From Macrostomum lignano (lineage: Eukaryota): a stretch of DNA of 44,275 nucleotides. Within the stretch, counting starts at the first letter, position 1, and every line of letters begins with the position of its first letter. Position numbers and translations under genes: made by a program. The DNA lies in NCBI GenBank assembly GCA_002269645.1, contig NIVC01004493.1:1-44275 (forward strand), given 5' to 3'. The notes under the pieces were generated by a model. The model made no database searches. It worked only from the letters and a program-made list of their open reading frames with translations, and was not told the origin of the DNA. Below, piece by piece: positions 10,301-22,326 of the stretch.

Positions 10301-11946
10301 ACATTAACTTGTAAATTCTCAACATAGACAGCACATTACATAAATTTGTAACACTGTGTTTGAATGCAGAATTTAATGGAGTATCAGCGAAACAACTTCT
10401 GTAATGCTTTTAAACTGGTCATTGAGAGACAGACAACTTTCTATTCAAAATAGTGCCTACATCATCAAAACCTTTTCCTGTCCTTAAATGACCTAATGGA
10501 CGGCCAAATTTCGTTTTCAAAGTGTTCCTGCAGTCGAAAGCGCAATGCTAATTTGATGCCCAATACTAGGCATAATATATTGCCCAGCTGTGACCACAGC
10601 TGTCTCGCCCTTTCGCCCTCTCCGGTCAGGACAAAGGTCCATGCAGCAGTCAACATCGCTCGTCGCGCAACCAGCCATCAGCTTCAAAGCGGGTAAGTCC
10701 ACCCACCGCCAAGCAAAGTCCTTTCGCCTGTTTCTGCAGAAAGTTTTTTCTCCACCATACAGGCAGTCATAAAAAGCAACACGTCTAGGATCTTTGCTGC
10801 TGCTTTCGGATTCGGTCAAAAACATATCAGCTGGGCGTCGCTTTCATCTCGCCGCCGCCTCATTTGAAAGCCATCTGAGGGGAGAGATGGACTTTTGACC
10901 CGAGGAAACTAGTGGAATAAGGTATCAGGGAGAAGGACGAGAATCCTTAAGACGTACCGTTCCCTAATATTCCAGAGTTTCAAGTATCCCTGCAAGTCCA
11001 GGTGCGCTGGCGACCTCAGACGACCCCGTCTGGGAGGCCGATTCCTTACCCGAAATTGCCCGTTTAATATGTTACCTTTGAAGGGCAAGGGAAAGTGAAG
11101 GTTCAACTCAAGGCTAACGCAGCCTTGAACTTGCTGACGTGGTGAAAGCAAATCCAACTTTGTTTTCGGCCTTGATTGCCCAGTTGCTAGAGTTATTAGC
11201 CAATGCACTAGTCTTGATGAAGCAGGCGTCAAGAGGCATGATTGCCCTACAGTACAAACTTGGTGAACTCACAAATTCAAAAAGCATTTAATAGGATTCG
11301 TTTATTGCATTTGACTATATAGACAAGTTAAGTATTTCCATATAGAGTTGTTCCGTCTCAGTCTGATGTCAAAACTTCTGGATACAATTAACCTTTTCCC
11401 TCTAGCTCTCGGACTTCGCCGCCATTATTTCACCTTCTCTCATCAGGGGGTTTGTCTCATCTCATCAGTCAGGGCCGCTGAAGTCAGGAGTCAGTGGAAT
11501 GGACAGAATCGCTTCAGCGCTGGTTGTGTCACAATATCGCGTTGAGAGCGTTTTACCGGGGTCTCCGCTGCCCATCCCATCCGTCTTTCTCGTCTCCTCA
11601 CTTTCTCAACGCCTGTCTTTGTCGTTTTCCGTCATATCGGTGCGAGCTTTCGCATGTTCTCTAAAGCATTTCTGTCAGGTCAAGACTGACGAGCTTTTTC
11701 TGTGATTAATAATTCTGAACTAGACGAACGGAAGGATTAAATGCTGTTCTTTGAGGGGACTGCGTCATTAAAAATTAATTACAGATTAATTAGGATGCCT
11801 AAGGGCCAGTCGAGTTTCTAAATTTACCTCAACTTTTCGGCTGTCGAAAATTTCGCAGTCTATATCTGCAAGCTAAATACTCTGAAATCTGGTTTTCGAA
11901 AAAGGTTCTTTATGTTCTTGATTGTCAAATCCATCTGACTCGATTA

Positions 11947-12033
11947 TGTCTGACCCAGCTTTGTCTGACCCAGCTTTGTCTGACCCAGCTTTGTCTGACC
12001 CAGCTTTGTCTGACCCAGCTTTGTCTGACCCAG
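11947..12033 (+). repeat. 15-bp tandem repeat, about 6 copies
   Basis: TGTCTGACCCAGCTT starting at 11947, 11962, 11977, 11992, 12007 and 12022. Confidence 0.95.
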
Positions 12034-12796
12034 TGGTCATCAAAACCACTTTTTCGAACTTCTAGGACCTAAAGTTATGTAGCTTAACACCTTTCATAAG
12101 CTTGACTTTCGTGGTCCGCACTTGCATCTTGCACCGCATTGGTGCTTAGCAGTTGATTGAAATGTTATTCAGCTAATCGTTTTCTGTAGAATCGACATTG
12201 AAATGTTATTTCCATTCCAGAGGATAGATTAGGCTGGCTCGTATAATGATTAGTTGATAAGAATGGCGGAATTACGAGTAATAAGGGAAGTTCGGCTGCA
12301 CCGAAAGCGAAGAGACATTCCGAGAACGCAGTCCCTGCAGGGAGCGAGATCCGGTTTTTATCGGGTATCTCATATCAGGTACTTCGGATAAAAGGGCCAA
12401 CTTCTAAAAATGGAAGGATGGAGGACAGGATAATTTCGATCTAAAGACTCAGTGGGCGGCGAGTTAACAGGTGGCCTAGAAACCGTTTATCTTGGTGCCT
12501 GGATGATCTGCTCCCAAACTGGAGTGGAAACCGGCTTCCCGACTCAGAGGAAGTCCAGCTGACTGGAATTCAGATCAAATAGAAAAACCGGTTCGGCCCT
12601 GTGTGCAATATCTTCTGCTTAATACTCGGTCAGTCTAAATATGGAATTTGAAGAACTGATATGATTAGAGCTGTGAAAACGATATTAATTAAGAAATTAT
12701 AACATCTAAATCATAACTTGTAACAGAAGTTAAAGTTTGCTTCTAAATAGAGCCTTAGGTCTGCATCTAGGGCAGCATTTTTGGTTGCCAAGAATT

Positions 12797-13370
12797 TTGT
12801 CTGCGCCGTTCATTGCTAAGAACGCACTGTGTCTGCGCCGTTCATTGCTAAGAACGCATTGTGTCTGCGCCGTTCATTGCTAAGAACGCACTGTGTCTGC
12901 GCCGTTCATTGCTAAGAACGCACTGTGTCTGCGCCGTTCATTGCTAAGAACGCATTGTGTCTGTGCCGTTCATTGCTAAGAACGCACTGTGTCTGTGCCG
13001 TTCGTTGCTAAGAACGCATTGTGTCTGTGCCGTTCATTGCTAAGAACGCACTGTGTCTGTACCGTTCATTGCTAAGAACGCACTGTGTCTGTGCCGTTCG
13101 TTGCTAAGGACGCATTGTGTCTGTGCCGTTCATTGCTACGGACGCATTGTGTCTGCGCCGTTCGTTGCTAAGGACGCATTGTGTCTGTGCAGTTCGTTGC
13201 TAAGGACGCATTGTGTCTGCGCCGTTCGTTGCTAAGGACGCATTGTGTCTGTGCAGTTCGTTACTAAGGACGCATTGTGTTTGTCCCGTTCGTTGCTAAG
13301 GAAAAATTGTGCCTGTGCCATCCGTTGCTAAGATCAGATTGCACCTGTGCTGTTTGTTTCTAAGGACACA
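12797..13370 (+). repeat. 32-bp minisatellite, about 17 copies, decaying rightwards
   Basis: Unit TGTGTCTG(C/T)GCCGTTC(A/G)TTGCTAAG(A/G)ACGCA(C/T). Period 32 from 12799, 12831, 12863. Confidence 0.95.
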
Positions 13371-15304
13371 TTGTGCTGTCTACAAGTAGCTACGTACCTT
13401 TTAAAAGCAACAAGCTTAAGCGAGCAGTTCAAATCAGCCATAGCAATTACAAAAAGCCGCTTTCTACAGAGCAGCGTCAATGTTTAGTCAGACAGAAATG
13501 TAATGACGCAAGCACCCAAAATGGTCGAGCTAAAATTAGCATTGCTGAGAAAGCGAGACAGACGGACAGTGAGAAGAAAATGACAGGTAAACAGGTTTCT
13601 CATGGAAAACAAAATCACCGATCGTCCATCTGTTTTGGACAACAATTTTCGTCAGCAAAAAATGTCAATAATAATACTGGAACAGATCGCGTTTTGATTG
13701 CTGCGTTCTAAATAAAAAATAGAGAGCCGCCTCTAGTCCGAACGGAAGAGAAATGCGTAATTGCAACTGCTTGCTCTTATAGACGAATAGATGATAAATA
13801 GGCAGCCATTTTATAGTTTGAGTCCATTTACTCAGATCTGCATCGCGCTGTCGTTGCTGCCTCGGGTAAAAAAACTAGGGAGAAGTAGTGCGTGCTTGTT
13901 TTTTACTGCGTCGATGAGTAGCTATGAGCGGTTGGGATGCGAGAGTGCAGATGGATGCAGGGCGCGCTGTAATTATTGAGGGAAAACCTGCATCCACCCA
14001 TGGGTATTAATGAGATGCTTTTTCTTTCTCAGTCAGGCTCTGCCAGAGGTAAAGGGTTAACTGTAATATTCAGGACGGAGCACGGTGGCCGGGCGTGATC
14101 GACAGGTAGACAGACCAACGACCCCCAGTCAGTCACGGCATCTTTGCGTGATTTCATGCATGCCACTACATTCTGTCCGCTTTTTGTCCAATATTACCGA
14201 ATAAGCAAAGTACAATAAACGGATTCACTATCATGCCAGACTCGCGTGATACTGTAATCCATGCTACCAGATCACCTGTGTTGAAAATTGCTAACTAAAC
14301 TAAAAACCTGAACACGCGGCCAATGCGTGATAAAAATGGTTAAATAGGCGAGAGTAATAATGATTGGCAGGTAATCATTCCCCTTGGCTTGTTTACCTTT
14401 CTCGGGGGGGGGGGGAGGCGGTTGATTTCCCTTTCGGGTAAATGGAGCTCAGCAAAAATTGTACCCATCTTCTCCCCCTGACTTTCTCTCCCAGACTGTC
14501 AGCCAAACAGCACCCCAGAGCACCCTTGGATGAGTGCTTGAGCACTTGAATGAGTTGATGACTGGATCGTGCTACATTTTAACCGCTGATCGGTTCAGCG
14601 TTGACCAAAGCCGTGTGCATTCGGCCTTGTTGACAGTGCGCCGTGGTTTAGGGGATGAGATGTGAGGTGCCCGCGTTATTAATCATCCCCCTAATGCAGA
14701 AGAGACAGAGAGGGAAATTCAAACCCTGGATAAATGTCCCGCCTCATGATGCAGCTCGTCTAGTTGCGAGTCATACAAACATTAAGCTGGGTAAGCTCTG
14801 TCCCTGTCTGCAAATTGACGGACATATTGAACTTTCTGCTCCATCATAACCAAGTTTGATATTAATAAATTACTGGTAATCTATCTAGACTGTAAAAAGG
14901 TCAAAAGCTACATGCAGTTTATTGAAAAATATTATATTCCTTTCTTTGTTGCCGCCCCAGCGGGGGAGGGCGCAGATTGCTAGTAGCTATTCTAAGGGTT
15001 CAACAGAAGATCTTTAACACAGCGCAGCAGTTGAGAATCAAAAATTTTTATTAAAAAAAGAATTAATTTGATTTTATCCGCGCCAGATCAGGCAGAAGCT
15101 GGTCTTCCCGCATCCGACCCTGAGTCTCCTAAGCGTCAGTCCGTCTGCAAAGCCGAATTAGAAATAAGACTGAAGCGAGACGGGGGGGGCGCTTCGGATT
15201 GGCTGATCGCGTCTCCCCTTCCTACTGCCGCTCTGTAGCAGATTATAAATACGGGAAAGTCCAGAATGCGCCGCACGCTAAACGCCTGCAGCTTCTTCTT
15301 TGCG

Positions 15305-15316
15305 TTGATTTTTCAG
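15305..15316 (+). promoter_or_regulatory. 3' splice acceptor 20 nt upstream of the ANKFN1-like ATG (5'UTR intron or trans-splice site)
   Basis: TTGATTTTTCAG|TCTGGAAGCAGCAAGCCACG-ATG. Confidence 0.5.
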
Positions 15317-15336
15317 TCTGGAAGCAGCAAGCCACG

Positions 15337-15338
15337 AT

Positions 15339-15396
<58 letters not shown>

Positions 15397-17706
15397 TACC
15401 CGACACTGGCCTCCGCAGCCGGAGTCGTGGCCGCCAATTTCCTGGCCGTGCCGGGAGTTCCCCGGTCCCAGTCGCGCCCGGACTCGATTCCAAACTCGCC
15501 GAGCCGGCCGGCGTGCGCTCGCTCGGCCCCGAAGGACCTCGGCTCCGGCAAGGCGGCGCGCTTCAACTGCGGCGGCTTCGTGGCCTCGTCCGAGTGCCTG
15601 GCCGAGGCTGAAGGCAGGGCGAAGCCGGCCTCGCTGCCAGATCGGGCGTCGCCTCTGGCTCGATTCCGCCGCAGCGGCAGCGGCGGCTCCTCTCAGAAGC
15701 AGCAAAGCGGCAGCCGGCTGAACTTCATCAAACGCTTCAAACGATTCAACAGCAACAAGAACGTCGAGGACTGGAGCTCGGAGACCTATCGCTCGGCCAC
15801 CATCCTGGACGACGCCAATCGCCTCTACGAAGCTGTCGAAGCCGACGACGCCGTTTCCGTGGCCGACATCCTCGGCCGGCGGCCAGTGCTGAAGAACTGC
15901 ATCAACGATCTGCAGCTCAGCCCGCTGGACATGGCGCTGATCCGCGACCGGCACCGAGTCGCTCAGCTGCTGTCCAGCCAGGACGCCGTCTGCAACCCTC
16001 GCCTCATTGGCGGCATGGAGAGACACCTGGTGGACATCGCGCACCGCCTGGCGGAGGAGATCGTGAGCACCTCGGCCAAGCTGCTTAGCCGGTCGTCGGC
16101 CAGCAGCCAGGACACTGAGGAGGAGCTGGACAGCCTCGATCAGACGCACCGCTTGGCCCAGCAGCTGCTCACCGATCTTCGCCAGTCGCCGCCGACGCCA
16201 CCTCCGGCCAGAGTCAGCTTGGAGGTGTCCGGCGCCGAGTCGCTCAAAGTGACGGTGGCTGCGCCGTCAAGTTGGGTAGCGCTGCGCTATCGCATCGACT
16301 GGTCTGAGTCACCCGAATTCTCCAGTTTGCTAGGCAGCCGCGAGGCCGAAGCTCGGACGCCTCGGTCGGCATTCCAAATCCAGCGGCTGGTGCCCGGCCG
16401 GCCAGTTTTTGTCCGAGTCGCCGCCTACTGTCACGCCGGCTGGGGCACAGCACGCGTCTCCGAGCCTGCCTCGTTGGTGCCGTCGGCTTGGTGGCAGGCG
16501 CCGGGATGCTCAGCGCCTCCGCCTACGCCGCCGGGTGACCAGGTGACCAGCTTGCGGACCGGCTTCGCTGACGAGCTGGCGGCCTGGCTGCACAGCAAGA
16601 AGGAGCAGCAGTCGCCTCAGCGGCAGCGGCAACGACAGCAGAATCAGCAAGAGGGGGTGCAGCATTGCCAGCAGCTGCAGCAGGCCGCCAGGAGCAAGTC
16701 GCCTCTGCGCAAGAGAACCAGCCTGCACCGGCTGTTCTCCGGCGGCGGCAGCGGTAGCAGCAGCAGCGACGGCGGCAGTGGCAGCGGCGGCGGCAGCAGC
16801 GTCTCTGGCGGCTCTGGCTCCGGCAACGACTGTCGCGGCGACATCGTCCGCCGACCAAGACAGGGCCTCTTCGTCACAGCCCTGCTGCACACTGCCGATC
16901 GGGTCCTGCTGCTCGATGACGCCCTGCCGCACGCCCAGGCCGAGACTGAGCTGAGCCCGACGATGAACCTCACGGCCGACCTGGCCTGGCTGTCCCGCCT
17001 GCTGGCCGACGGGGCGAACCTCCGCTGCCTGGCCGCCCGGCTCGAGCGGCTGGGCTGGCCAGAGTCGCAGTCCACCCGGGTGGGCCTCACCCTGGCGGCC
17101 AGCCGGCTGCAGGAGGCGCTGGGCACCGACGTGCTCGGCCAGGTGTACCCGACGGTGGTTCGCAATGCCTCGGTCGCCTTTTTCGTGCTCGTCTGCCGGC
17201 TGGACTCCGTGCGCCACGCCGAGCCGGCCTCGTCCGCCGCCGCCCGCTGGACGCCGCTAACAAGCCTGGCAGGCAGGAATGCCTCCTGCCCGGGGGAGGA
17301 GCTGCTGCTCAGCCGACTAGATGACTTACTGGCGTTCTCATCGCGGGCTCTGGTTGCTATGGAGACTGGGCTTTACCTGGGCTACGTGCACCTGCGCAGC
17401 GGGATGGACAGTATCAGCATCCTGGTCGATGGCGGGCAGCCCAGCTGCGTGCCCTGCGTGCGGCTACGAGAAAATCCGCACGTGAGCTGCAACGAATGGC
17501 GACGCCTACGCAATCAGACTGGCGTTGGCGGCGAGGGCGAGAGAGAAGCCAGCGGAGAGGTTGAGGCCGAAAGCGACAGCGGCGACGAGGAAGGCGAAAT
17601 TGGGCGCCTATTTGTTGAATCGGTGCGCTGCGGTGCCGGCCGTCTGTGCGACCTGCTGCAGCTGCCGTCTGACCAGCGGGCTAGGCTTCGGGTCTTCACG
17701 GGCCAG
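15337..17706 (+). CDS. ANKFN1: ANKFN1/wide awake-like protein, exon 1 (polyQ, ankyrin repeats, FN3 domain)
   Basis: Ankyrin-type LSPLDMALIRDRHRVAQLL. FN3 PPARVSLEVSGAESLKV...YRIDWSESPEF...GRPVFVRVAAYCHAGWG...SLVPSAW. GLYLGYVHLRSGMDSISILV...LRENPHVSCNEW matches ANKFN1 GLYLGYLKLCSSVDQIKVLV...IRENNNISREEW (from memory). GCCACGATG start and CAG|GTGTGT donor, phase 0. Confidence 0.92.
15340..15396 (+). repeat. (CAG)18-CAA encoding Q19 directly after the start Met
   Basis: Direct count from the sequence. Confidence 0.95.
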
Positions 17707-17779
17707 GTGTGTTGGGAGACTCGCTACCTGTTGCCCATCTCTAGGCTTAACTAGCATATTAGTTGCATTTACATAAGTA

Positions 17780-18075
17780 TTTGCATTCACATCCGCATTC
17801 ACATCCGCATTCACATGCGCATTCACATCCGCATTCACATCCACATTCACATCCGCATTCACATCCGCATTCACATCCGCATTCACATCCGCATTCACAT
17901 CCGCATTCACATCCTCATTCACATCCGCATTCACATCCGCATTCACATCCGCATTCACATCCTCATTCACATCCGCATTCACATCCGCATTCACATCCGC
18001 ATTCACATCCGCAATCCCATCCGCATTCACATCCGCATCCGCATTCACATCCACATTCACATCCGCATTCACTTC
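17780..18075 (+). repeat. 12-bp minisatellite (CACATCCGCATT), about 24 copies, filling the single ANKFN1-like coding intron
   Basis: Directly visible. The intron is 17707-18145. Confidence 0.95.
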
Positions 18076-18145
18076 CGTGTTCATAAACCCGGAAATTCAA
18101 GTTCACACAGACACTCAACTATATCCACATCCGGATTCCTCACAG

Positions 18146-19066
18146 GTGGTGCAGCTGAGCCCGCGGGTGGCCCTTCTGCTGGCCTTCCCTCCGCCAGACT
18201 CGGTCTGCACGGTACCTGGCGCCGCTGACCCCTTAGCCGGCGTGTCCGGTCTGACCCGCGTGCCGCTGCCGCTGTTCGACCAGCTGCATTTTCGCGTCTA
18301 CGGCGGCCGTTGGCACGCGGATCTGGCTTCTCTGGGCGCCAGTCTGGAGCTGTTTCTAGCCCTGGCGCTGCACGTCCAGAGGGGGGCCTTCTCGGACGCC
18401 GAATTAGCCGAGGCCAAGGGCCGGGTAGCGCGGCTGCAGTCGGTGCAGGCCAGTCTGGAGTCGCTAGTCCGGCCGCAGCGCTGGTCGCACACAGCCATCA
18501 GTATGGCACGGGATCGGTCCGGCTGCTGCCACTGCTGCTTGGAGATCTGCCCCACGCCACCGGCGGCTGCCGCTTCTCCGGAGGGCCGACGTCTCTCCCC
18601 GCCGCAGGGTTCGCTGCGGGTTCGAGCTCCGGTGGCCTCACCAACTGGCCAGGAAATGTGGCTAACGTTGCAGGCCACGTGTCAGACCACGGCCGAGGAT
18701 CTGTGCAACCACGTGCTGGCCCAGGTTGAGCAGCGAGCACCGCGACGTCGTCAGAGACAGTCGGAAAGTGATGCAGCCTCCGCGTCAGCCGCTGGCGTAT
18801 CTTTGGTGGTGTCGCTCGGCGACATTGAAATGCCGCTGCCGCCAGCGGCTCGTCCGTTGCAGCTGCCGCAGCCGTGGCGCGACGGCCAGCTGTCGGTGCG
18901 CCGGAACTCTGATCTGGCGTCGTCGCCGGGTCCGTCGCCGGGGCTGCAGCCGATGGTTCACGCGCAGCAGCAGCAACAGTTCGCGGTGCTGGCTGCGGCG
19001 GCGGCGGCGACTGCAGCTGCCGCTTCCGCCATCAGCTCCGAGGGCACCGTCGTGTTCGACTTGTGA
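18146..19066 (+). CDS. ANKFN1: ANKFN1/wide awake-like protein, exon 2 (conserved helical region plus Ras-association-like domain)
   Basis: CTCACAG|acceptor, phase 0. VVQLSPRVALLLAFPPPDSVCTVPG...LPLFDQLHFRVY...AFSDAELAEAKGR...RW resembles ANKFN1/wake. GSLRVRAP...TLQATCQTTAEDLCNHVLAQ resembles the RA-like C-terminal domain of invertebrate wake. Ends at TGA. Confidence 0.9.
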   Translation: MVQLSPRVALLLAFPPPDSVCTVPGAADPLAGVSGLTRVPLPLFDQLHFRVYGGRWHADLASLGASLELFLALALHVQRGAFSDAELAEAKGRVARLQSVQASLESLVRPQRWSHTAISMARDRSGCCHCCLEICPTPPAAAASPEGRRLSPPQGSLRVRAPVASPTGQEMWLTLQATCQTTAEDLCNHVLAQVEQRAPRRRQRQSESDAASASAAGVSLVVSLGDIEMPLPPAARPLQLPQPWRDGQLSVRRNSDLASSPGPSPGLQPMVHAQQQQQFAVLAAAAAATAAAASAISSEGTVVFDL

Positions 19067-20246
19067 ATTGCTATGTGTAATCGTGAACTATTGACAAAAA
19101 TATCTGACGAGCTTAGGAAGGAACAGGAAAGGAAAATGTATATATTTATATTACTCATTCATTGTCTCGTTCGTTCAATTGAATTTGTTGAGCTGTCATT
19201 GAACACTTTAGGAAGATCACCAAGTCAAGAGCAGTGCCGCCTAAACAGCTCAACAATTTGATGAAACTTGCTTGATCTATAATTAATATTCTTTTTGCAA
19301 ATTCGACCGGTAATTATACATGTATTAGGTGTCCAGCAAGTCTCTAGCAAGTTTTTCCCTTCAGCTTTTAGTTGGTTTCGAATTTTAGTCGCGAAAGTTC
19401 ATTATTGTTCATCCCGCAATGCCATTCCGTGTAAACTATTGGTCAGATCAATCTATTTTTTTGTGGTGGCTTATAGACCTACAAAAAGAACTTTTTAAAC
19501 AGTAGAATTTCTCCTCCTCAGCTCGATGTTGTGCGATTCAACCCACTTTCTGACCTTGTGATAATTTGTATTCAAAGTATCTAACGTCCTTCTCGGTGTT
19601 GAACCACTTGTTAACGAGTCAATAACGTCTGTCTGCACAGTAAAACCGCTATGCACTAAAATGATGAAATAAAATTCAATTGAGCCCTGTGACGCCACTC
19701 GCACTAAAAAAGCACGTTGATCGATGACCATTTTCAGGTGGAAAATTCCATCATTTGATTGCTCCGTCCTATGAAAAATAATAAAGCACAGAGGCGGGGA
19801 TAATAAGCATTCTGCATCTTATCTACGACTGCGGAGCCGATTATCCTCACTCAGCTGCACCAATTTTAGCAATCCCCATTTCGGTTAAGTAAACGGAGGT
19901 CCCTCCGGGGCAGTGCCGTCATTTTCGGAATATTTTCCGCCATCTGCTGAGCAATATCACAGATTAAAGCAAAGATTATCTAGCCATCAACCTCGGTACG
20001 GCCCAAGGGCTTCCTAATCAGAAAATAGCACCGCAAAACAGCTCTGAAATTTTATTTGGGACAAAATTACAGGACAACCGGCTGATGGAAACGGTGCGCG
20101 AATGTGTATCTGATATTGCAGCTGAGCCCAAACGAACTGACCTATCCTCGTATGCACGGTAGTAAGATGATGTCGGCGAATGCACTACACCGAGCTGACT
20201 TGTCAGAAAATAACTAAGGCTGGGTTTACTAAAACATGTTTTGTTC

Positions 20247-20970
<724 letters not shown>

Positions 20971-22255
20971 ATAACTACTTAACTAGCTAGTTTGCTGCAC
21001 ATCCAACTAAAATTCCTGCCTAGGCCACTGCACCATTTAGTGGCTGTGACCTGTATATACAATACATAATAACTGCAACTATAGAGGCCCGATACAGGAG
21101 CTTTAACTGTGGTTGAGGCAGGGCAAGGTGCCACAGACATTGTTACACAAAGGTCGTTCGTGCTCTGTCTGAGCTCAATCTGAGAGAGATGTCGAAACGT
21201 GCGTCACGTGCCTAAGCACACACCTCCAAAAATTTAATCACGAAAAATCGTCACCCCTTCAATTCCTAAACTCCCCCTCCAGCCAATTCCTGGAATAATC
21301 TGAGCTTGATTTTTCAGGTGTCCTCTCGAGTGCTAGCCAGGGCTTTCCAGGCCTGCATAGGAACGGGAGGATAATCCCCTTTGCATCAAGGCCGGGCGGA
21401 GTAGTCTTGTAGGCCGCTCATCATGTGACTCAATTTTTTTACTGCGAGACACTCTTTGCCGCTTCATCACTCACTCTAGTCCAGCATTAATAATCCTCTT
21501 AAGTTTTCTAAACCTCTGCAAGCTGTGCAGGACCTGCCGCTGGGTGCTAGTGCAGTGTCTCTTGGATGAGGAGAAGCTGCAATTGATGTAGTAGTTGGTT
21601 GCAGTTGTAGTCTCAAAGATTTTATCTGTCAGCTGTTTCGTGTAATTTACTATCTCCTGTACTATTTAAACCGCTGAGCTCATTCTTTTGTTTTTTAGTG
21701 TATGGCTGCTCTGAAACCACTGAAGACAGAAATAAATAGAGAGTCGGCGTCAGTACATTTGAGTAGTTCTTATTCTCCGCTCAAAATATGACGACAAACG
21801 CAAGACCAGAGTCAGAAATTCTGTTAGCATATGGCAAATGGGGACAATTAGTAGGATATGGTGTAAACATTTATATAAATAACCCTTTTATTATCCAAAA
21901 TCTGCGTCAGAGGCGGACTTGCAAGTTCTGGCATGCAGTCCAGCACAAGAATAGAATAATTCCTACTTTTGCTAAAAATCGTTTTCTAAAAATATTAGTT
22001 GACATAAATAAGAGTGATAATTTAAAATTTGAAATAGTTTCCCGAAAGTTCTTTGCAAGATTTGTCAATTTGGATTTTGTCACCTTCAGGATATCTGCAG
22101 AAATTGGTCCCTAGTCGGAGTAATTTTGCTTGCTACCAGCGTTAGTAAATGGCCCGCGTTGCTAATTGCCAAAAATCTACAAAATTTTGAATCGGTAAAC
22201 AAAGTACCCTAGTTAGACTCCGTTTTGGGCTTATGTGCACAAAAAAGAAGGCCAA

Positions 22256-22326
22256 GAGGGTTGGCGTTAGGGTCAACCCCCAAGGCACAGCGACTGTACA
22301 TGCCTGACGATTAGAAAGTCGGGGCC
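22256..22326. repeat. short dispersed repeat, copy A (partner at 40075-40157)
   Basis: CAACCCCCAAGGCACAG...GTACATGCCTGA(C/T)GATTAGAAAG...GGGCC, about 47/53 identical between the two copies by manual alignment. Confidence 0.8.

Noticed and set aside
8551-10334. Long ORFs of 147-568 aa on both strands (VAPTDSCT, LHSCTNRL, QESVGATV repeats)
   Set aside because: They arise because the 24-bp unit has no stop codon in any frame. No unique flanking protein sequence. An in-frame acceptor at 8554 leaves a small chance of a mucin-like exon, but it does not fit the phase of the neighbouring candidate exon.
10860-12700. Possible degenerate LINE fragments (endonuclease-like VGFAF on the - strand near 11150; RTE-like C-terminal words near 12460-12540)
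   Set aside because: Only a few scattered residues, many stops, and no RT motifs. Not supportable without a profile search.
6038-13370. CRISPR-like appearance of the 24-41-bp repeats
   Set aside because: Units are directly adjacent with no unique spacers, there are no cas genes, and the context is eukaryotic.
14545-14595. C/D box snoRNA-like TGATGA...CTGA
   Set aside because: Boxes are only about 35 nt apart with no terminal stem. Too short.
21190-21225. Minimal hammerhead-like string CTGAGAGAGATGTCGAAACGTGCGTC
   Set aside because: The core is CTGAGAG rather than CTGANGA, and stem I cannot form (only 1 bp). At best a decayed Penelope-type remnant.
22303-22320. CTGA(C/T)GA-TTA-GAAAG in both copies of the dispersed repeat, resembling a hammerhead core
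   Set aside because: Only 3 nt between CUGANGA and GAAA (no stem II), and no NUH cleavage triplet with stems I and III.
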